From Planctomycetota bacterium (GTDB lineage: Bacteria > Planctomycetota > GCA-002687715 > DRQF01): a stretch of 28,219 nt of DNA. The DNA lies in assembly GCA_027001995.1 (NCBI GenBank), contig JALTLO010000008.1:1-28219 (forward strand), given 5' to 3'. Under the pieces are notes generated by a model, which was given only the letters and a program-made list of their open reading frames with translations, did no database searches and was not told the DNA's origin. A program made the translations under genes and the position numbers. Below, piece after piece: positions 8,549 through 16,081 of the stretch (positions are counted from its first letter, which is position 1; every line of letters starts with the position of its first letter).

Positions 8549-10210
8549 ATGAAATGGTTTTCAGCTGTGACTCGTGTCGCGTTTTGCGCCACGCTTTTCG
8601 CCAGTATGGCCCATGCTCAACTTCCCTTTCGATTCTTCAATGCCGGTGCCACCACCGATGATCTACTCGGTCGCGCCGTGAGCGGCGTGGGAGACGTCAA
8701 TGCCGATGGGTTTTCCGACTATGCCTTGGGGCTTCCAGGAGATGATACAAATGGCAGCAATGCTGGCAGTGTCCAAGTCATTTCCGGCGCCGATGGATCC
8801 GTCCTATACACCTTCTTCGGCAACAGCCCCCAAGATCAATTCGGCTCTGCTGTCAGTGGTGCCGGAGACGTTGACAATGACGGCTACGACGACATCATTG
8901 TGGGGGCCTTCTTGGAAGATTCTTCCTTTACCGACGCTGGCGCGGTTTACCTCTATTCTGGTTTGACGGGAAACATGCTCTACCAGATCAACGGCGATTC
9001 TGCATCGGACAACTTTGGCATCGCCGTTTCCTCTGTGGGCGACGTCAATGGCGATTCCTTTGACGACTTCGCCGTGGGAGCCTGGCTATCTGACGCCGGC
9101 GGAGTTGATTCCGGAGCAGCGCGGGTGTACTCGGGATTCGACGGGCAGCCCCTCTACACATTCATTGGTGACAGCTTCGGAGACCGCTTTGGAATCTCCG
9201 TCGCTGGGGCCGGAGATGTCAACAACGATGGAACGCCGGACATCATGATCGGTGCAATCTTAGACGACAACGGCAGCATCAATGGGGGCATGGCTCGAGT
9301 ATTCTCTGGCAGTGACGGCTCCACCCTGTTCACCTTCTTCGGAACCAAGACATTGGGCCTCTTCGGCTTCAGCGTCGATGGCGTTGGTGATGTCAACGGC
9401 GACGGTTTCGCCGACGTCGTTGTCGGCGCTCCTCAAGATGACAGCAATGGCATGTCAGCTGGCATAGCGAAAGTCTACTCTGGGGCTAACGGTGCCGTCC
9501 TCCACACATTGAATGGCAGTGCAGGAGAGAAATTCGGAGAGAGCGTTTCTGGATTGGGTGACATCAATGGTGACGGCATATCCGACTTTGGGTGTGGGGC
9601 TCCGGGAGCCAGTGTCAGCGCAAGCAATGCTGGAGCGGCTCGTTTCTACAATGGTGCCGACGCCACTTTGATCCGTGCCTTCAACGGTTTTACCGCAGGC
9701 GATGCCTTCGGCACTTCTGTTGCCGGTATGGGGGACGCCAACAACGATGGTTTCCATGACGTGGTGGTCGGAGCCCCCTTCCAAGACGTGAACGCACCGG
9801 ATTCAGGCGCGTCCTTCGTTTTATCTGTGGGTGGTGCGCTCACCTACGGCGGAACAGGAAACCCCTTCTTCACTCTCAACCTTGAGTTCATCAAGAATCC
9901 AAACCCGGCCCTCGCCTCTTTGGGGACGGTTCGCTGCAGCGGAGCAGCTCCCGGAGCCGCTGGTCTCTACGGAATCAGTTTGGCCCCTGCCAACACCCTC
10001 ATCTTTGGGGGTTTCCCTCTCCTCATTGCTGCCGACCCGACGAACTTGCAAGCGAGCGACGCATTTGGCTTCGATCTCGCGGGTGAAGTTTCTGGTCCTG
10101 CCTTTTTGCAAAGCGACTTCACTGCGGGTGTGGTTTTCTACCTTCAATTCTTCGCTACGGCCCCGGTTCCCGCGGCATCCAATGGACTCCAACTCTTGGT
10201 TGTTAAATAG
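8549..10210 (+). CDS. Secreted FG-GAP 7-bladed beta-propeller protein with unassigned C-terminal domain
   Basis: ATG at 8549 with GGAGAG Shine-Dalgarno. Signal peptide ending AHA|Q. Seven very regular repeats (GDVNxDGxxDxxVGA). C-terminus ...FYLQF...ASNGLQLLVVK. Confidence 0.92.
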   Translation: MKWFSAVTRVAFCATLFASMAHAQLPFRFFNAGATTDDLLGRAVSGVGDVNADGFSDYALGLPGDDTNGSNAGSVQVISGADGSVLYTFFGNSPQDQFGSAVSGAGDVDNDGYDDIIVGAFLEDSSFTDAGAVYLYSGLTGNMLYQINGDSASDNFGIAVSSVGDVNGDSFDDFAVGAWLSDAGGVDSGAARVYSGFDGQPLYTFIGDSFGDRFGISVAGAGDVNNDGTPDIMIGAILDDNGSINGGMARVFSGSDGSTLFTFFGTKTLGLFGFSVDGVGDVNGDGFADVVVGAPQDDSNGMSAGIAKVYSGANGAVLHTLNGSAGEKFGESVSGLGDINGDGISDFGCGAPGASVSASNAGAARFYNGADATLIRAFNGFTAGDAFGTSVAGMGDANNDGFHDVVVGAPFQDVNAPDSGASFVLSVGGALTYGGTGNPFFTLNLEFIKNPNPALASLGTVRCSGAAPGAAGLYGISLAPANTLIFGGFPLLIAADPTNLQASDAFGFDLAGEVSGPAFLQSDFTAGVVFYLQFFATAPVPAASNGLQLLVVK

Positions 10211-10283
10211 AACCCAAAAGTCCCTGGATCGTTCGTCAAGATGAAGCACTTATTCCCCAGGGATAGGTGCTTCATTCTTGGAC

Positions 10284-12359
10284 TCAAGCATCTTCGTGAG
10301 GAACCTCAGAAAGCCCCACGTCCTGATAAGCAATTTCCACTGTCATGTTGCCCATCAGCACCGTCAACTTTTCTTCCGCGCGATGAAACTTGCGGATGCG
10401 GCACTTCTGGGCGAAACGCGGCACATAGACCTCATCTTGTTTCTTTAGAGAGGCAATGAATTGACGGCGGCGTTCCGCCAAAGAGGTCCCTTGTTGGGTG
10501 GCAGCAAGAATCTCCTCTACCCTCTCGACCGTGGGCTTCAAAGCCTTCGGTACATTCTGGAGCTTCCTCAAATGGGGCCCTAAGTCTGCCCTCAGCTCCT
10601 TGAGGACGGTGTCGATCACACCTTCGGCCTCGCTGTTGATGCGACGAGACTTCTTTTCGAGATGGCGCTGTTTCTCTTCTGCTGATTTCGCCAAGTTCTT
10701 GCTTCGCTGAAGATATTTTTCGCTTGCGGCCCGTGTCGCTTCCAACTCTTGGCGGCTCTCCTGAAGTGCCTGGATCACCTCGTGTTCTGGACGCTCCCCT
10801 TGAGACTCAAGTTCTTCTCTGGCCTGATCGAGGATCTCTTGGGCCAGGCCATAGCGGCCAGCGATATTGAGTGCATTGCTGTTCCCCGGTTGCCCAATAA
10901 GCAATTCATAGGTGGGACGCATGGACTCCTTGTCAAAGGCGACTGACGCATTTTCAACTGCCCCATGCTCATAGGCGTAGTCTTTCAAAGACCCCAAATG
11001 AGTGGTGACCACACCTGCCACTCTTTTCTCCCGCAAGGACTCTAAAATCGCCCGCCCCAAAGCAGCTCCCTCCGCGGGGTCCGTCCCGGCACCGAGCTCA
11101 TCCAACAAAACCAAAGACCGCTTGCCACAACGTTTGAGGATCCGTGCGATATTGCTGATGTGCCCAGAAAACGTCGACAAACTTTGACTGATACTCTGCT
11201 CGTCACCAATGTCTGCGTGAACGGAAGAAAATACCGGCATCCGCGTGCCATCTTCTGCGGGTACATGTAGGCCAGCTTGGTACATCAACTGGAGTAAACC
11301 CACGGTTTTTAGAGTGACAGTTTTTCCCCCGGTATTAGGGCCCGTCACGACCAAAAGCCGAAAGCCATCCCGTAGGCGAATATCCAAAGGCACCACAGAA
11401 CAACCCTTGTCTTCAAGCTGAGAAGATACAAGAAGGGGGTGTTTCGCTTGAATAAGCCGCAAGACTCCGTCCGCGGCAAAAGCTGGGGATACCATGGCGA
11501 AGTCCTTCGAGAATTGGGCCTTCGCTTGAGAAAAATCCAGCCAAGCCAAGATGTTAGCCGTATGAGAAATACGGTTTTTGTGGTGCAGGATGTCCCGGGT
11601 AAGGCTCCATAGGATTCGGCTCACCTCCGCCCGCGTTTGGGACTCCACATCACGTAAGCGATTCGCCATGGGGACAATCGCTTCCGGCTCAATGAAAACC
11701 GTAGACCCGGTCTGAGAATGATCATGAACGATGCCCCGGACCCGCCCCTTCATGTCCAGCTTGACAGCCAAAACCCAACGGCCATTGCGGATGGTATGCC
11801 CCGGATTTTGCAGGGCTGCCCGGACCTCACTCCTCTCCAAGTACCCGGACAGAAATTGCCGGATATCATCTTCGAGTTTGGCGTGCTTTCTTCGCAGTTG
11901 GAAAAGCTTGGGACTGGCGTCATCCTTCATGGCGTCTGGGGGCTCAATCACCGATTCCATCATGTCGATGATGTCATCCAGGTTGAGAAACTGGGAAACG
12001 AGAGCGGCAATCTCAATCAGAATCGTCCCATTCTGCTGAACAACGCGGTTGATGTCCCGGGTCCGTTTGAGAGTTGCAATAAGCCCAGCAAATTCCTGGG
12101 GCTCCAAAGGTCTGTTCTCGTTTTCAACGCGGGAGAAAAGTGCAGACGGGTCGACCAGCTTCCCAAGGGGAAGAGATGCTCCCCCATCCAAGAGAAGCCG
12201 AAGCTCACTGGTTTGGCGGACAGCCAAACGAATGCGGTCAACTTCGTTTTCTGGCTCTAAGACTTCGGCGATACGCCGTCCCATAGGACCACTACAGCGC
12301 TGCAGGAGAAAGTCCCGGATTTTAGGCCATTCCAAAACCGATAGAGTATGAGCATCCAT
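10284..12359 (-). CDS. mutS2: MutS2-family ATPase lacking the C-terminal Smr domain
   Basis: N-terminal LEWPKI, DDASPKL, GIVHDHSQTGSTVFIEP, Walker A TGPNTGGKT, DIGDEQSISQSLSTFSGH, Walker B LLDELGAGTDP, TTH. Coiled coil and KOW-like end follow. Confidence 0.92.
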   Translation of the reverse strand: MDAHTLSVLEWPKIRDFLLQRCSGPMGRRIAEVLEPENEVDRIRLAVRQTSELRLLLDGGASLPLGKLVDPSALFSRVENENRPLEPQEFAGLIATLKRTRDINRVVQQNGTILIEIAALVSQFLNLDDIIDMMESVIEPPDAMKDDASPKLFQLRRKHAKLEDDIRQFLSGYLERSEVRAALQNPGHTIRNGRWVLAVKLDMKGRVRGIVHDHSQTGSTVFIEPEAIVPMANRLRDVESQTRAEVSRILWSLTRDILHHKNRISHTANILAWLDFSQAKAQFSKDFAMVSPAFAADGVLRLIQAKHPLLVSSQLEDKGCSVVPLDIRLRDGFRLLVVTGPNTGGKTVTLKTVGLLQLMYQAGLHVPAEDGTRMPVFSSVHADIGDEQSISQSLSTFSGHISNIARILKRCGKRSLVLLDELGAGTDPAEGAALGRAILESLREKRVAGVVTTHLGSLKDYAYEHGAVENASVAFDKESMRPTYELLIGQPGNSNALNIAGRYGLAQEILDQAREELESQGERPEHEVIQALQESRQELEATRAASEKYLQRSKNLAKSAEEKQRHLEKKSRRINSEAEGVIDTVLKELRADLGPHLRKLQNVPKALKPTVERVEEILAATQQGTSLAERRRQFIASLKKQDEVYVPRFAQKCRIRKFHRAEEKLTVLMGNMTVEIAYQDVGLSEVPHEDA

Positions 12360-12541
12360 GACGCTTTATAACGCAGGAAACCACGAAAACAGGGCACTAT
12401 TTCCCAAGAAATCTGGGACACCCAAGAGCTGAGCCCCTTGGCGATGCCGACCTAACTGTCCGAATTTTCCGCCGAAACAAACCGTAAACACAATCGACTC
12501 AACCGGGCTAATCCTACTCATTGATGAGGTCGAGGATTATT

Positions 12542-12946
12542 CTAGCCGAAGGATGGGCGATCTGATTCCGACATCGGTTTCGTTTCAGCAGTGGAGCGTA
12601 AGCTGCCGCCATCGGCGGAATCATGAGCTGCATGAGAGTCCGCATCAACCGCATCGTCTATACCACGGCTCACCCGCTCCTTCATCATGCGACCAACTTT
12701 GAACTTGACCACGCGCTTCGCCGGTACTTCGACTTTTTGCAAAGTACGGGGGTTCTGAGCCTTACGCGCGGCCCGTTCTTTGATCTCGAAAACACCAAAT
12801 TCGCGGAATTCCAGACGATTCCCCTGTCCGAGTTCATCGATGATCTCGTCCAGGAACATTTGGATAACTTGTTTCGTGACAACCTTCGTTTGACCAGTTT
12901 TGGCCGAAATGCGGTTCACGAGCTCTTTTTTTGTGATGGTGGCCAT
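12542..12946 (-). CDS. HU/IHF-family DNA-binding protein with ~40-aa C-terminal tail
   Basis: MATITKKELV...LEFREFGVFEIKERAARKAQNPRT...VPAKRVVKFKVG. ATG at 12946 with GGGAGG Shine-Dalgarno. Confidence 0.93.
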   Translation of the reverse strand: MATITKKELVNRISAKTGQTKVVTKQVIQMFLDEIIDELGQGNRLEFREFGVFEIKERAARKAQNPRTLQKVEVPAKRVVKFKVGRMMKERVSRGIDDAVDADSHAAHDSADGGSLRSTAETKPMSESDRPSFG

Positions 12947-13371
12947 CTTCAAGCCTCCCGAGGCAAGCTCCCCTTTTTTGGGCTCCAGGGAGCGAGCAAC
13001 CTGCGCGTCTATGCCGACGCGATAAAGCTACAATTGCTAAGGACTTTCGAGCACCGTCGCCGCCAAACGCTTGTGGTGCTCGATCTCCTCTATCGGTTTC
13101 CATCGCCCGACCTATTGATAGGAAGGACAGGCACTTATTGAGTTTTGAACGTCCGGCGCTGCGGAACCATGAAGGGAAAGTCCAAAGAACGACTTTGGCG
13201 ACTCTCGGCCAGCTTATCTAAACTACTGGCCCAATTGGAATTGTAGTGATGCAGCCGCTGACTATCAAGAAATATGAGGATTCGGAGAATGAGAGGCCAA
13301 ACCCCGAAAAAAAAATGACTTATGGCCGAAAAATGGGGGCCATGCTTGGTAAATCCAACGTCAAGGAGGGC

Positions 13372-13776
13372 ATGGCGCAAGTGATCAACTTTCAGAAAGC
13401 CCTCGAAGCGAGGGCTCAATCCCGTGAATTCCAGGCAAAAATAGCCCGCAGGATCGTAGTTATATCACTCGTCATATTTTTTCTTCTTCAGTTGACCCTG
13501 AGGCAGTGCTCCAGGCCAGACCAATCCCAAGTCAAACAAGGGCGCCTCATCCACAAGCTGCGCAAGGCCCCCCAAAGACTCTTGGAAGGAAACACGGTGG
13601 AGCAGGAAGATTTGCTTCTCATTCGGGGCATCGGGCCATCCACTGCTGGGCATTGGATTCGGATCAGAGAATATCTCGGATCATTTCCTGATACTCTGCA
13701 CTTGCGCTTAGTTCCCGGCATCGGAATAAATCGTCTACAGCAAATTGAATCGCAATTGATAGTGAAGAGAAAATGA
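13372..13776 (+). CDS. Membrane-anchored helix-hairpin-helix (ComEA-like) DNA-binding protein
   Basis: TM segment IVVISLVIFFLLQL and two HhH motifs (LLLIRGIGPSTA, LRLVPGIGINRL). Start uncertain: 13372 ATG or 13381 GTG near AAGGAGG; the ORF is open from 13246. Confidence 0.65.
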   Translation: MAQVINFQKALEARAQSREFQAKIARRIVVISLVIFFLLQLTLRQCSRPDQSQVKQGRLIHKLRKAPQRLLEGNTVEQEDLLLIRGIGPSTAGHWIRIREYLGSFPDTLHLRLVPGIGINRLQQIESQLIVKRK

Positions 13777-14657
13777 CCGACCTCCAACAACAAGCAGCCA
13801 ACCTCTCCCAGTGCCCTGATGTTGAACAGCTTTTGAGATTGGCTCTGCGAGAAGACATTGGCCATGGCGATGTGACGACCCAAGCAACAGTTCCTGAAGG
13901 AGCCAAAGCCAGAGCCGAAGTGATCGCTCGCCAAGGTGGGGTCGTCTGCGGCTTTCCAATCCTGAACCGACTCATCGAATTGTCTGCCTTCAATTTGACT
14001 GTGGACGTCCATGTGGCAGAGGGAGAAGAAGTCCAAAGCGGCAAGATCTTGGCAGACATGCACGGGGATGCCGGGGCCATTCTGACCTTAGAAAGGACCT
14101 TTCTGAATTTCCTCCAAAGACTCTCAGGAATTGCCACCATGACGAAGCGCTATGTGAACGCCGTCACCGGAACCAAAGCCCATGTTTTAGAAACAAGAAA
14201 GACAATCCCAGGCTGGCGTAGCTTGGATAAATATGCGGTTCTCGCCGGCGGCGGCTCGAATCATAGACAAGGCCTTTTTGATCAAATCCTCGCCAAAGAG
14301 AATCACTTCGCCTTGGTTCCCCAAGAAACTTTCGCGGAAAAACTCGGCCATCTCAAAGGGAAAGCAACTCCAGGGATCAAGATCGAAGTGGAAGTCGAAG
14401 ATTTGGCGGAAGCCCAGGCTGCCATGGATGCCAACATCGAGTTAATCTTGTTGGACAACATGACTCAGGAAGATATGAAGAAGGCCGTGGAAATGCGGGA
14501 AGCCACGAGTGGCTGCACATCCCTTTTGGAAGCTTCCGGTGGGATCACCTTAGAAAACATGTCCGAAGTAGCGGCAACAGGCGTGGATCGCATTTCCATT
14601 GGCGCCCTCACCCACAGTGTGCAAGCCTTCGACCTCAGCCTGCTGATCACCTTCTGA
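13773..14657 (+). CDS. nadC: Quinolinate phosphoribosyltransferase (nicotinate-nucleotide diphosphorylase)
   Basis: ALREDIGHGDVTT, LERTFLNFLQRLSGIAT, TRKTIPG, NHRQGL, KENH, EVEVE, LLDNM, EASGGI, ISIGALTHS. Confidence 0.97.
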   Translation: MTDLQQQAANLSQCPDVEQLLRLALREDIGHGDVTTQATVPEGAKARAEVIARQGGVVCGFPILNRLIELSAFNLTVDVHVAEGEEVQSGKILADMHGDAGAILTLERTFLNFLQRLSGIATMTKRYVNAVTGTKAHVLETRKTIPGWRSLDKYAVLAGGGSNHRQGLFDQILAKENHFALVPQETFAEKLGHLKGKATPGIKIEVEVEDLAEAQAAMDANIELILLDNMTQEDMKKAVEMREATSGCTSLLEASGGITLENMSEVAATGVDRISIGALTHSVQAFDLSLLITF

Positions 14658-14725
14658 ATCTCGATGTGCAGGGCCATGGGGATTGCTCCCAGCCCAACCT
14701 TGTCATTTAATCCGCGGTCACAGGG

Positions 14726-15874
14726 TTAGCGCAGAGCCCCTTGCATGGCCCGGGCGAAGCGCAACAAGACCCGGCGGTCTTTGGATGTCACCACTTTCCT
14801 GGAGACCACGTTGCCGGCGAAGGAAGCCATCATCATGGCTTGCTGCCTCATCCCCCCATCGACCCTCTTACTTTCAAGCTTGGCAATCTTAAGGCAAATA
14901 TCCCGTAAAGAAGTGAACTCAATCAAATTGAGATCTGGGACTTGCCGATAGACCAGAGGTTCTTCCAGGTTCGCTAAGCTAATGAGGACTTCTTCCACCG
15001 TCCGTGATTGGCGCAAGAGGAGTCGGGCATCAATCTTGGACGCCATGTCTCCCGCTTGATGATAGTCCTCATTTTCGCCCACGGTAAAAAAAAGATGCGG
15101 AATACGCTTGCGTTTGAAAGCAACAAAATCGCTGCGATCTCCTCCCACGTCCGTCCACCCATAGCTAAATCCAATCTTCGTTTGTCGGGAAGCGTTTTTG
15201 AGGATGGGCAGCATCCGGGGTGTCCATTCCCAGCCTTGAACAAACATCATGTTGTCCAATAGCCCGAGAGACTTGCGCCCCAGCATATCCATGGTGATAA
15301 ACCCTTGGCACTGCTTCAAAGGGAAAATGGGCTTCTTGACATAAGCGAAAGAGCCCAAGAGTCCCTTTTCTTCCAAGTCAAACGCAACAAACAAGATGTC
15401 TCGCCTTAATTTGCTGGGATCAAGTCGCCCGGCAATCTCCAGCATGGCGGCAACACCAGAAGCGTTGTCGCAAGCCCCTGGATACATCCTTCCCCCTCGC
15501 CGTCCCAAATGATCATAGTGAGCACTCAGAATGATATGCCCTTCCGTCTTCTGAGGGTGGCTTGACTTCATCAGACCAACAATATTGACACCGCTTAGCC
15601 CAGAGGCCGCGAAACTATGCTGGTACTTCTTGTCTACAGGGGGGCTCAACCCTGCGGCCTTGAACTGGGCGACCAAATAAGCCCGCACCACTTCATATCC
15701 CCCAGCAGAACGCCCAGCGAAAGCCTCACTACACAACTTGTCCACCACTTGCCGAACATACGCTTGAGGTTTCGTCGATTTTGATGTGGTTGTTGTTTCT
15801 TGGGCCCACAAGCTCGAAGAAAAGATTCCAAGGGCGAACAAACTCAAGACCAGAGACTTTGACATAAATGACAC
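14726..15874 (-). CDS. Secreted M28-family Zn metallopeptidase
   Basis: Signal peptide ending LWA|Q. Motifs SAHYDHLG, GACDNASG, FDLEEKGLLGS, MDMLG, RSD, YHQAGD. Start is GTG 15874 or ATG 15865. Confidence 0.88.
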   Translation of the reverse strand: MSFMSKSLVLSLFALGIFSSSLWAQETTTTSKSTKPQAYVRQVVDKLCSEAFAGRSAGGYEVVRAYLVAQFKAAGLSPPVDKKYQHSFAASGLSGVNIVGLMKSSHPQKTEGHIILSAHYDHLGRRGGRMYPGACDNASGVAAMLEIAGRLDPSKLRRDILFVAFDLEEKGLLGSFAYVKKPIFPLKQCQGFITMDMLGRKSLGLLDNMMFVQGWEWTPRMLPILKNASRQTKIGFSYGWTDVGGDRSDFVAFKRKRIPHLFFTVGENEDYHQAGDMASKIDARLLLRQSRTVEEVLISLANLEEPLVYRQVPDLNLIEFTSLRDICLKIAKLESKRVDGGMRQQAMMMASFAGNVVSRKVVTSKDRRVLLRFARAMQGALR

Positions 15875-16081
15875 TCAAAGATTTCACAGGGATCGAGAGA
15901 CAAAGGAGCTTAACACGGTTAGACCGGAAGCGCCTGCTGCCTTGATCCCTCAAAAATCGCCAGGGATCACTTGGAAATTCCCGCTAATCCGAAAGGTTCT
16001 TGGTGCACCCAATGAGGAAAGCGGCCTTTGGCCGCTTTCCTCATTGGGAGTTCATCCACTCTTGCCATCAACTGGCATGCT

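Noticed and set aside
4871..10210. CRISPR array, or diversity-generating retroelement template/variable repeats
   Set aside because: The repeats are protein-level FG-GAP blades with diverged DNA. There is no repeat-spacer pattern, reverse transcriptase or cas gene.
4535..10283. FG-GAP trio as a tRNA-integrated genomic island
   Set aside because: It lies on the 5' side of the tRNA. I found no integrase, no duplicated tRNA 3' end and no obvious compositional shift.
14726..15874. M28 protein as the glutaminyl cyclase behind the +1 Gln pattern
   Set aside because: Its motifs (HYDHLG, EEKGLLGS, RSD) look like ordinary M28 aminopeptidases rather than the DDH-type motif of M28-like glutaminyl cyclases. 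Not supportable without a phylogeny.
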